Of a DNA stretch of 64,000 bases, positions 18,767 through 26,592 are shown piece after piece; the first letter of the stretch is position 1; each line of letters opens with the position of its first letter. Under the pieces are notes generated by a model, which was not told the DNA's origin, ran no database searches, and saw nothing but the letters and a program-made list of their open reading frames with translations. The stretch is from the IMG/VR virus record IMGVR_UViG_3300028800_000001, positions 1 through 64,000 of that record. One strand, 5' to 3'. Made by a program: the position numbers and the translations under genes.

Positions 18767-18856
18767 AAAAAAAGAGAAGAGGTGTGATGCCCCTTCTCTC
18801 CTGAAAAGAACCGATGCGCTCCGACTTACAAGAAGTCGAAAGAAACTGCATGAACG
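18767..18856 (-). ncRNA. putative ~90-nt small RNA divergent from the array
   Basis: Extended -10 TGCTATACT (18871-18863), hairpin 18822-18838, U-tailed terminator 18767-18799, no ORF. Confidence 0.5.
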
Positions 18857-18862
18857 AAAGCT

Positions 18863-18918
18863 AGTATAGCAGAAAATTCGGAAGAAGTCTCTCATTTTTC
18901 AGAAAAATATGCTATACT
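18863..18918. promoter_or_regulatory. back-to-back extended -10 promoters with perfect palindrome ATTTTTCAGAAAAAT
   Basis: TGCTATACT on both strands (18863-18871 minus; 18910-18918 plus); palindrome 18894-18908. Confidence 0.7.
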
Positions 18919-18955
18919 GCGTGCAACGAAATATCTGCGTCTTCCCAAGAGAAGC

Positions 18956-19981
18956 GTTTGAATCAGTTTATACGTAAGGCAATACAGCGGTATGAACCAA
19001 TTGTGAGGTTAGTCTAAAGAAATATGGGTGAGTAAATCTATTTGTAAGAGCATAAGATGAGAGCGAGACACCAAATTACTTGTTTCACATGACATGTTCG
19101 AGTCATTAATAGTGTTGCTTCGGTATGAGCGTACGAACCAATAAACTTGTATATCTACATCAGCGTGTGAGTCATGATGTTCGCGTTTCCTACACTCAGT
19201 ACGACTCCAATAATGTGTCCGTTCCTTATCATAGTAGGAATCTCGGTGCGTGTTTGCTCAATAGATTAGTATGAACACTTAGTACATGTTGTTTCAATTG
19301 ACAGGTGCGATCCGGTTCAGCAGCGCATCAATACTTTTGCGAGAGTCATTCTTTCTGTGAAGTGTCTTGAGAAAGGTATGAGCCCAATAGGTAGTCAAGA
19401 GCAATCTAGAAGTACGAATTCTTGAAAACGTGTTTCCATGATATATGTGTGAACCATTGTGTAGGCAATTCATCTGATTTGTCTGAGTCGCTAACAACGT
19501 TTCTCTCATTACATTTGCACGATCCAACAAAGCAGTAAGAATACCATAGAAGTGAGAATCAATATGTAGGTCTTTTCGTTCAATTCGTATGAACCATCAG
19601 GGCAGTAGTTTTTATACAAGGTGTGAGTCGCAATAATAGTTGCTTCAGGTTTGAGGATCGAGTCACCAACGCAGTATTATCAGCAACACTGAACGATTGT
19701 AAAATGATAGTTTTACCATATCGTGAGTAAGAGCCAACCTAGCCGTTGCGTCGCATAAAGGGAGCGAACGAATAGAGCAGTCAATTCGATATTGAAGTTT
19801 GAGTCTACCAGGAGTTTGTATCATGGCTGGGGCGTGAGCGTTTGAATTACTGATACTGTATAATCAAACAACAAGTATGAGGCGTGATTTTATAAAAGAC
19901 GTTCGAGCTGTTCAAAGGAGATCTTTCGAAGCTTGGGAGCGAATCGTTTTAAATGTCATTTCAATAAGCGCGTATGAAATA
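18956..19981 (+). repeat. dual-repeat ~35-nt-period interspaced array (TIGR-like), probably transcribed as ncRNA
   Basis: About 30 units; repeat A GTNYGARYCA every 34-37 nt, repeat B GT-N4/5-YCA at offset ~18; no credible ORF; promoter upstream, terminator downstream. Confidence 0.8.
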
Positions 19982-20011
19982 AGAGAGAAGCAGGGGGTTT
20001 GCTTCTCTCTT
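19981..20011. terminator. bidirectional terminator
   Basis: AAGAGAGAAGC/GCTTCTCTCTT 11-bp stem between array and convergent peptidase gene. Confidence 0.8.
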
Positions 20012-20889
20012 TATGCAGGGGTAACAATATCGCCTTGTCCACCCCAATACTTTTCAAAGGTGGCGTAAGTCATCCACTGCATGTTGAGTCGAGAGCTGTC
20101 GGCCAGATGTACGTACTGGATGCCGCTGATTGTTTTTCCACCGATTACCACTAAGATATGTCCTCCGGTCCACTTGTAGGGCGGAAAACCAATGATGACA
20201 GGTGTCCCATTATTACCAGCGTTGACCACATCGTCAATTGTGGGATTGTTCATTTCCTGTGTCTTAAAACCAAAGTGCGAAGTGGTGTAGTCAATCCCTT
20301 GCCACTCCATGAGTCCCTGGTCGGTCGTGATTTCGTGAATACTACTTTCGTAGTTGATCACATCCGTGAGACTGAGCTTTTTTCCGTAGGCATCCATGAC
20401 CTCTTTCATGGAAGAAGCAGAACAGTCAGACGGCCACCAGTTATTATACTGATCAGTGGAGCTATAGTTGGCTGCGTTCGTCTGATCAATACGTACAAGT
20501 GCCTGGGAAGCATTGGCTGCTTTCGCAGGAGCCGCAACTGGCATCTTGACTTGTTTGGTGGTCACCACTGGCGTTGCTTTGGGCGAATTTTGTGTGACTA
20601 CCACCACGTTTTGCATCACGCCGCCATCCCAGCCAGTGATCACGCCAACCGGCCCAACTGGTCGTTGTGTCCAGGCAATAAATCCAAGAAATGTAATGCC
20701 AAAGACGATGACAAGTGCGCCATTTACCAGAAACTTCTTCAGGCGTGATGGACGGCGCAAGACGGGAAGTGGATCGGTCCTACGAACCGCAGTGCTGCGT
20801 GCAGGAACAACAGAGATAGCGCGAGACGGTGGTTCCTCAAGAATTGATTCGACCACCATCACACGCCGCGAGAGACTCGATTCTCTCAT
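20011..20889 (-). CDS. membrane-anchored C39-like (papain-fold) cysteine peptidase
   Basis: TM helix, low-complexity linker, then DCSASS...GGHILVV...LADSS (C-H-D). Confidence 0.8.
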   Translation of the reverse strand: MRESSLSRRVMVVESILEEPPSRAISVVPARSTAVRRTDPLPVLRRPSRLKKFLVNGALVIVFGITFLGFIAWTQRPVGPVGVITGWDGGVMQNVVVVTQNSPKATPVVTTKQVKMPVAAPAKAANASQALVRIDQTNAANYSSTDQYNNWWPSDCSASSMKEVMDAYGKKLSLTDVINYESSIHEITTDQGLMEWQGIDYTTSHFGFKTQEMNNPTIDDVVNAGNNGTPVIIGFPPYKWTGGHILVVIGGKTISGIQYVHLADSSRLNMQWMTYATFEKYWGGQGDIVTPA

Positions 20890-21128
20890 GAGTACCTTCC
20901 TTTCCTTCTATGCACGCCTCTACGATATGTGCGTGGCACAGGAGAACGTCGCGAGCTTTTATGATAGCTGCGCGAAAGAATAGAAGCCATCATCCCCAAA
21001 AGAAGAACGATGACAATAGGGACGATCAGCCAGAGCGCAGGGATTATTTTCCCTAGAAGCAGCCCGACCAGCAGGCCAAGACAGGCAGTTTCGCTATGCT
21101 TGACGCGGTAGTACAGCGGATTTTTCAT
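20886..21128 (-). CDS. small membrane protein with basic C-terminus
   Basis: Two TM segments; ATGA overlap. Confidence 0.65.
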   Translation of the reverse strand: MKNPLYYRVKHSETACLGLLVGLLLGKIIPALWLIVPIVIVLLLGMMASILSRSYHKSSRRSPVPRTYRRGVHRRKGRYS

Positions 21129-21289
21129 AGGAGCGCTCCAACCAGCAGGATACAAAGAACAAGGAGCACCAATGTGAAAAAAACGATCACCAGATCTGCG
21201 TAGAAGAGGGATCGTTCATTGCGCCAGTATTTGAGAGCCGCACCTTCAGAGGTGCTCAGGCCCGTGTAAATGGTGTGTACTCGTTTCAC
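21125..21289 (-). CDS. 54-aa membrane peptide (not in ORF track)
   Basis: GTG start, C-terminal TM, overlaps both neighbours. Confidence 0.6.
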   Translation of the reverse strand: MKRVHTIYTGLSTSEGAALKYWRNERSLFYADLVIVFFTLVLLVLCILLVGALL

Positions 21290-21597
21290 AATTTTTTCCT
21301 AAAAAGAATGTAGAGCAGCAGGAAAATACTCACTGCTGCCCCAATAATAATGGCACAAAGTGCAAAGAACATGCCAAACACGCCGGTACCAATTGCGCCA
21401 GTACACGCTCCAACCAGGAGCAGGAAAATTGCCGCTCCAAGTCGTCTGGCTAATTGGTGATCCTCTTGCTTTCTTCGCTCTCTTCTCAGTTCTTCACGAA
21501 AAAAGTACTGATCGGTATCAGAGAGTGGGCGATACACGCTGACAGGATGGTCAGTAGTATGCACGTCGGCAATGTGTTGGCGTTGGTAGTGTTTCAT
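21286..21597 (-). CDS. two-TM membrane protein
   Basis: Hydrophobic C-terminal half. Confidence 0.7.
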   Translation of the reverse strand: MKHYQRQHIADVHTTDHPVSVYRPLSDTDQYFFREELRRERRKQEDHQLARRLGAAIFLLLVGACTGAIGTGVFGMFFALCAIIIGAAVSIFLLLYILFRKKL

Positions 21598-21606
21598 AAA
21601 TTTCCT

Positions 21607-21828
21607 TTACGCAGCAGGAGACATTTTTTCTACGACCGCATACAATCCATCATTGCGCGTCTTTGCGTCAATGACGTTCCAACTGAGCAGGCTACTTTCC
21701 GTGAGCTGTTTGCCATCAATGCGTTCTCTCACGAATGCCAGAAGATCAATTGTATCCTCTGGTGTCCAACCCAGGCGCTCCAAATTCTCAAGATGAAGCT
21801 CAAACAAAGAAACATCAAGGGGGTCCAT
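21607..21828 (-). CDS. hypothetical protein
   Basis: MDPLDV..., 73 aa. Confidence 0.65.
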   Translation of the reverse strand: MDPLDVSLFELHLENLERLGWTPEDTIDLLAFVRERIDGKQLTESSLLSWNVIDAKTRNDGLYAVVEKMSPAA

Positions 21829-21844
21829 GCAAAATCCTTTCTCT

Positions 21845-22057
21845 TTAAAACGCCACTCCAACGGCGATGTACGTCCAAACGACTGTGAGTGCTCCTATCA
21901 GGAGCCAGATATACCAGGGCGTGTGTTTAGCAAAAATGAAACCATAGCGCCGTAAACGGCTGTACTTTTTGATACAAAAGAAGCCCACTACAAAGAGCGC
22001 TCCCAGCGAGAGTAGTAAAAGTGCTACTTTGATCAACGCTTTCCTCCTTTTTTCCAA
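21845..22057 (-). CDS. two-TM membrane protein
   Basis: Hydrophobic; first gene after promoter. Confidence 0.65.
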   Translation of the reverse strand: MEKRRKALIKVALLLLSLGALFVVGFFCIKKYSRLRRYGFIFAKHTPWYIWLLIGALTVVWTYIAVGVAF

Positions 22058-22172
22058 AAATAAAATGAGGCAGAAAACTGCCTCGCTCGTGCTTTGTTAC
22101 TACCTGTATGCGGATTACATAGTCTACCCTCCAGCTTTGGGACAATTAGAACATTCGTTTTTCTCTTCCTCA

Positions 22173-22229
22173 AGTATATGCGAAAGAAAAGCTTTTTGTC
22201 AATAGTTTCTTCTATTTATTTTCAGAAAG
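22173..22229 (-). promoter_or_regulatory. class I promoter + box
   Basis: TTGACA-18-TATACT; centre 22224 (22 nt). Confidence 0.85.
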
Positions 22230-22679
22230 CAAAGTGATCGCATGTCGCACAACGGTTTGTCGCGTTGAGTCGAAATTCAACCGATAATGCTCTTTGGCGC
22301 GCTCAAGAATGGGAAGCGGGTCAACACCCCAACGGTCAAGCCGATCAAGCATGAGCGAAAGCGCAAGGTATTCTTCGGCTGCGGCCATGTGAATACCCTC
22401 TTGCTCGTCACCATCATTGCTGCGACGAAGATACGAACGCGAATATTCAAAGAGTTGTTGTGCAACCACACTCTTTTCTTTTTCTTCACGCGCTTCTTCG
22501 TCAGGGATGGAAGAGATTTTTCTTGCCATCAGCTCGTCGGTATATTGCTTCAGGAGTGGTCTTGCACTATCGGTGACTGCGAGGCGGAATTCTTCGCCTT
22601 CGCTGGTTTTGAAGATAGCTTCTTGTTCACCTTCCCGATTCGTTTTTACGGTATATTGGACAAATTGGACTTGTTTCAT
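22212..22679 (-). CDS. hypothetical protein ending ...SENK inside the promoter box
   Basis: RBS AAGGAG, 155 aa. Confidence 0.75.
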   Translation of the reverse strand: MKQVQFVQYTVKTNREGEQEAIFKTSEGEEFRLAVTDSARPLLKQYTDELMARKISSIPDEEAREEKEKSVVAQQLFEYSRSYLRRSNDGDEQEGIHMAAAEEYLALSLMLDRLDRWGVDPLPILERAKEHYRLNFDSTRQTVVRHAITLLSENK

Positions 22680-22702
22680 AATTTCTCCTTGGTGTTTAGA
22701 AT

Positions 22703-22737
22703 AAAAAAAAGCGCCCCCCAGATGTATGAGGAGCGCT
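22703..22737 (-). terminator. intrinsic terminator after tRNA-like RNA
   Basis: AGCGCTCCTC/GGGGGGCGCT + T8. Confidence 0.85.
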
Positions 22738-22740
22738 AAC

Positions 22741-22797
22741 TCGGCTAGCGCGGAATTGAACCGCGCATAAGAAGTCTTACCGTTAGACCATAGCCGA
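22741..22797 (-). ncRNA. tRNA-like RNA lacking the anticodon arm
   Basis: TCGGCTA/TAGCCGA acceptor, D-arm GTCT-AACGGTA-AGAC, 7-nt linker, T-arm GCGCGG-TTCAATT-CCGCGC. Confidence 0.8.
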
Positions 22798-22941
22798 ACC
22801 AGAACAGATGTACATGTACCAGAATACCCGCCAAAGAAGTTCTCAAAGTAGCTTTTTCGAGGAGTCTACTCGTCAACGAATACTTCTTTGTGTGTAAAAC
22901 AATGGTTACAGGAGCCGACTGTGTACGTTCGGCTCATCACT

Positions 22942-22997
22942 ACTATAGCAGAAACCTTCGCTCCCTGTCAAGAGTTTCTTCTATTTATTTTCTGAAC
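22942..22997 (-). promoter_or_regulatory. class I promoter driving the non-coding tRNA-like unit
   Basis: TTGACA-18-TATAGT; centre 22993 (22 nt). Confidence 0.8.
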
Positions 22998-23080
22998 TAG
23001 CGTGAAACTTTCTGGCCGATGTAGATGCCGGATGCGAGTGCATACAAAGTGACCACAGCCACAAGCATTTTCTTGTTCAT
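22997..23080 (-). CDS. 27-aa hydrophobic peptide (not in ORF track)
   Basis: RBS AAGGAG; MNKKMLVAVVTLYALASGIYIGQKVSR; stop abuts the box. Confidence 0.55.
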   Translation of the reverse strand: MNKKMLVAVVTLYALASGIYIGQKVSR

Positions 23081-23382
23081 GTTCCTTCTCCTTTCTTTGC
23101 AAAAACGTAGTCCTCTTCGATTAACCAGATATGCCCATCAATGATCACAGGTACATGCTTTTCGTGTGGATCAGCGCGTTCCTCTTGCTCGATCCAGCGC
23201 TGTATATCAGGAAGATCAGAGCGCAGGTAGGTGCCAACGGTGACCGATACATAGCGCCCGATACCTGGGCACAAGGGATGCAAAAAGATGATGCGTGGAT
23301 CAATCCAGACCATCATCCCTGGCCGAAAGAGCCGGTGCGTGTATGGTATTTTATGGAGAGCGCGTTCGAATGCGTCGCTCAT
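23077..23382 (-). CDS. hypothetical protein
   Basis: ATGA overlaps. Confidence 0.7.
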   Translation of the reverse strand: MSDAFERALHKIPYTHRLFRPGMMVWIDPRIIFLHPLCPGIGRYVSVTVGTYLRSDLPDIQRWIEQEERADPHEKHVPVIIDGHIWLIEEDYVFAKKGEGT

Positions 23383-23906
23383 GCATAAAACAGGTGGACG
23401 AAGAGCGCCCACTTCCCTTTAGAGGTAACTTCGACACTATAATGGTGTTCGGTTAACTCAACATTCTTTACAAATCCTTGATTTGTAAACCAGAGCATCG
23501 TTCCTCTTGTTGGCTCGCCGGTATAAACGCCGGTTGGCTCTTCGAAGAGCATCTTGAGCAGCTTTGCATCAACTCTGTGCAGCAAATTGGCACGCGAGAG
23601 ATTGTGTCTGCGCATCGCATATTCTGTTGCTTTGTAGAGCAGGCCAAAGTCAGGCTCAAGCTCTTTTTCTCCTATCAGGAGCCGATCACGGTAATCCACG
23701 GCCATTTGCGCATAATCAATAAGATCTACACTGCGTAATGCCTCCCAACCGGTGTTCTTCGCATAGAGGAGAAAATCCCGATTGGTGAGTATTTTGTCAG
23801 GGTAGAGCAGGCGCATACCTTCGCACCAGCGATCAATCGTTTCAAAAGCAACGCCGTAGGCATCAACGAGCGCCATTGGGTCAAGCGCACTATCGAGATG
23901 TTCCAT
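23379..23906 (-). CDS. hypothetical protein, possible C-terminal winged helix
   Basis: LWFTNQGFVK...EVTSKG pattern. Confidence 0.7.
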   Translation of the reverse strand: MEHLDSALDPMALVDAYGVAFETIDRWCEGMRLLYPDKILTNRDFLLYAKNTGWEALRSVDLIDYAQMAVDYRDRLLIGEKELEPDFGLLYKATEYAMRRHNLSRANLLHRVDAKLLKMLFEEPTGVYTGEPTRGTMLWFTNQGFVKNVELTEHHYSVEVTSKGKWALFVHLFYA

Positions 23907-23908
23907 AG

Positions 23909-24127
23909 TTACTCCTCTATGAACTGTACCGCGTTGGCGGTCGCAAAGCAATAGTGCATTGTACCAGGAAGAGTGGTAAGTGTTACGTCAATAAGGGCAT
24001 CGGCTCCAAGCGAGCCTGCTTCGTTTTCCAGGGTTTCGATCACGGCATCGCAGCGATACGTTCCGGCAAGCACACGAATAGGCGTAACTGCTTTTCCTGG
24101 GATAAACGAGTGGGAAGTAGAAACCAT
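23909..24127 (-). CDS. YbjQ/UPF0145-like protein
   Basis: PGK...L.NEA.SLGADALIDV...ATANAV. Confidence 0.75.
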   Translation of the reverse strand: MVSTSHSFIPGKAVTPIRVLAGTYRCDAVIETLENEAGSLGADALIDVTLTTLPGTMHYCFATANAVQFIEE

Positions 24128-24141
24128 GAGAATACTCCTTT

Positions 24142-24384
24142 CTAGCAATATTGCTGTTCGTTCGGATCAGAAATCACGACGGCGGTGCCGATGAGGATTG
24201 CTGACCAGATATCTTCTCCGGTCATATGGAGCTTGATATCGATTAGTCCATTGGCTCCCAATTTTTCTGCACTGCGCTGCGCTTTTTCTTTCACTTTGTA
24301 ATACGGCCCTTCTTCAATGATCATTCCAAGGATACGAAACGCCTTCCCAGGAACGTCTGGGAGTGTTGAGGTAAGAAAATTCAT
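24142..24384 (-). CDS. YbjQ/UPF0145-like protein (tandem paralog)
   Basis: VPGK..RILG...AEKLGANGLIDI...GTAVV. Confidence 0.8.
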   Translation of the reverse strand: MNFLTSTLPDVPGKAFRILGMIIEEGPYYKVKEKAQRSAEKLGANGLIDIKLHMTGEDIWSAILIGTAVVISDPNEQQYC

Positions 24385-24548
24385 GCGAACCTCCAGGCCA
24401 TGCCAAGACAACCAATCGTGATAAGCGCAAGCGCACACGCGGTTTCTCGTAGCAGGCGATGTTCAGGACGCGCATAATCTTGTCGATAGATACGAATACT
24501 CCAGGCGCATCCAATAGTCCAGAGTACCACGAAAACGGCAATAAACAT
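24381..24548 (-). CDS. small membrane protein
   Basis: RBS GAGG, two TM segments. Confidence 0.6.
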   Translation of the reverse strand: MFIAVFVVLWTIGCAWSIRIYRQDYARPEHRLLRETACALALITIGCLGMAWRFA

Positions 24549-24606
24549 AAAACTTCCTCTACTTCTGTTCATTCTTAGAAAAAATATGGATGGGGCATGA
24601 AGCCCC

Positions 24607-24813
24607 TTAGTGTGCAGCCACCGCAAGGATAATAGCCGCGAACACGAGAATAACAAACGAATAGGTTGAGCCTTTTGCGGCCCTTTTTGTGCCTCCACTG
24701 TCATCGTGTAAGTTATTTCCAAGCAGACTTACGGAAAGCTTTGAGAGGCCAATAATAACAGCGAGAATTCCCAAAAAAATGAGCATAAGAATCCTTTCAT
24801 TTTTTGTTTTCAT
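24607..24813 (-). CDS. small membrane protein
   Basis: Two TM segments. Confidence 0.6.
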   Translation of the reverse strand: MKTKNERILMLIFLGILAVIIGLSKLSVSLLGNNLHDDSGGTKRAAKGSTYSFVILVFAAIILAVAAH

Positions 24814-24879
24814 GAATATTTTGCGAAGTGTCACAAAAATATGAGGAGGGGCTGAAGCAAAGGACTCCAACCCCCACGA

Positions 24880-25143
24880 TTACGGTTCTGAGATGTGTAT
24901 TGGCGGCTCTTCTGGCATTGTATGCGGTGGCTCTTCAGGAGGAGAAACATGCTCTTGCGGAGCAGTACTCGGCTCTTCTGGTGCAGCAGGGTGCTGTTGA
25001 AACAATACATGCCAGAGCGTAGGTTGCGGTTGTGTTACCGTTCCGCCACCACTGGCAGGAACATTGAGCAGCAGCACAAGAAGTAACGCGCAAACAACCA
25101 AAGCGCTTAGAATAATAACTAACGGCGTCCAATCTCTTTTCAA
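24880..25143 (-). CDS. membrane-anchored Pro/Glu-rich protein
   Basis: N-terminal TM, PEEP repeats. Confidence 0.65.
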   Translation of the reverse strand: MKRDWTPLVIILSALVVCALLLVLLLNVPASGGGTVTQPQPTLWHVLFQQHPAAPEEPSTAPQEHVSPPEEPPHTMPEEPPIHISEP

Positions 25144-25180
25144 TAGGTTTTTGCCTACCTTTCTTTGTCTTTCTCTAGGA

Positions 25181-25236
25181 AGTATAGGCTTTTTTCACAA
25201 GCGCGTCAAGACTTTTTTCTAGTTATTTTCAGAAAG
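25181..25236 (-). promoter_or_regulatory. class I promoter + box
   Basis: TTGACG-17-TATACT; centre 25231 (22 nt). Confidence 0.85.
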
Positions 25237-26061
25237 GAAACGTTTGAGGCGATGAAATACGCCAGGGGAAACAGTCATGTTGTAGTCGGCAGGAAGGTCG
25301 TGCTGGTAGGCACGTTCCTGATATAGCAGGCGCGCAAGAGCATTGTAAACGAAAGCCGCTTCCTCGAAGGTCTCGTAGCTTCCACCGCTAAAAGTGCCAC
25401 CATCAATATGCAGTGCGACGCCGTATTTGGCACCCAGGCGACGAATGCCAGGAGGGAGAATGCGCAGATTGGCGCGGTGGTTATTGAGCTTGTTGCCATC
25501 AATATGACGCACACGCTGATTAAGCCAGAGTGCTTTGCCGCTCATGTGTTCTGCCACTTCGTGATGTAAATAGACATTCCCGTTATCGTTGCCAAGAGCA
25601 CGTGCACCACCATGACGTACACCGCTATACTCTTCGCTGCGAAAAACGAAGCCACGCTTATCCAGATTCCAGTGGTGCAGCGCAAAGATATCGAAGTCTT
25701 GTGCGTCAAGAAGCACTTTCTTGCCGTTATCTAAATAAATACCACTACGATCTGTTTGAAATTCAATCGCGTTTAGTTTAATGACGCCTTTGCGTTTGAG
25801 CGTATGTTGTGGTTTTGAGAGGAGCAAGTTGTCGCGTTCGCAGTTAAGCTGATCGTCATCCAGGTGCAGCACATGATAGTGCTTTCTGCGCAGCAGGCCG
25901 CTACGTTTGGCAATCTCTCTACGCAGCAAGACGTTACGACCTTGAATAGAGGCGACCACATCACCCCTGGTATTTCTCCGCCAGGGGTATGTTTCTATCA
26001 ACGCTGCGTCTTCTTCGCTCACACGCAGCACGCTTTCGTCAGGCAGCAAGAACTCGACCAT
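25219..26061 (-). CDS. HNH homing endonuclease (two HNH repeats, AP2-like C-terminus)
   Basis: HLDDDQLNCERDNL; HIDGNKLNNHRANL; G.YETFEEAAFVYN..A; ends SENN in the box. Confidence 0.85.
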   Translation of the reverse strand: MVEFLLPDESVLRVSEEDAALIETYPWRRNTRGDVVASIQGRNVLLRREIAKRSGLLRRKHYHVLHLDDDQLNCERDNLLLSKPQHTLKRKGVIKLNAIEFQTDRSGIYLDNGKKVLLDAQDFDIFALHHWNLDKRGFVFRSEEYSGVRHGGARALGNDNGNVYLHHEVAEHMSGKALWLNQRVRHIDGNKLNNHRANLRILPPGIRRLGAKYGVALHIDGGTFSGGSYETFEEAAFVYNALARLLYQERAYQHDLPADYNMTVSPGVFHRLKRFLSENN

Positions 26062-26332
26062 CAGTATCCTTTTCCTGCATCTGGTAATAGAGTAATTGTT
26101 TCTCTATCTGGCTATAAAAATCGTGAAAGCGTGTAAAGGTCAAAACGCTATATCCTGCGTTATGGGTGCTGCCCACAATGACATGATACACGCCATCACG
26201 ATAAAGAATACGTTGTAAGTGACCGGTGGCATAGCTATACTCCGTAAGTAGGACAAAAATGTAGTAGGTCTGAAAACGCCGGTTCGTGCGCAGCGTCGTA
26301 TTGATTTGTGCAAGCACCGTATCCCTACTCAA
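26039..26332 (-). CDS. hypothetical protein
   Basis: 97 aa. Confidence 0.65.
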   Translation of the reverse strand: MSRDTVLAQINTTLRTNRRFQTYYIFVLLTEYSYATGHLQRILYRDGVYHVIVGSTHNAGYSVLTFTRFHDFYSQIEKQLLYYQMQEKDTDGRVLAA

Positions 26333-26592
26333 AAGTCTGCTCCTGTGAATGCTTCACAGAGAACATGAAGCCATCCAGTTGAGAAGTTTCCAAGAGGCAA
26401 GAGCGTGCTTGTCGCAGGAGCCTCTGCGACGACGATACTCCAAGCTTCCGGCTCTTCTGCGTACACTTGCGCGTCAAATGCTTTCCAGGCGACCTTTGCG
26501 GCCTCCTTTGGGCTTTCGTCACTATAGGTATACCACATATTGTATTTTTCACTGGCCTGGGAATTATGAATGTAGATAATATAGGGTGTCAT
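26329..26592 (-). CDS. small beta-rich family protein
   Basis: MTPYIIYIH...SDESPKEAAKVA. Confidence 0.7.
   Translation of the reverse strand: MTPYIIYIHNSQASEKYNMWYTYSDESPKEAAKVAWKAFDAQVYAEEPEAWSIVVAEAPATSTLLPLGNFSTGWLHVLCEAFTGADF

Noticed and set aside
18956-19981. Canonical CRISPR array or type III TA antitoxin repeats
   Set aside because: Repeats are only ~10 nt and degenerate rather than identical 23-47-nt repeats; units are not near-identical as in ToxI; no cas or toxN gene in the window.
19294-20068. ORFs 19294-19530 (-) and 19877-20068 (+) inside the array
   Set aside because: No RBS, atypical composition, and a ~35-nt period is incompatible with a coding repeat; treated as chance ORFs.
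22741-22797. Functional tRNA or tmRNA gene
   Set aside because: No anticodon arm, so no decoding assignment is possible; no tag reading frame or pseudoknot region between the D- and T-arms.
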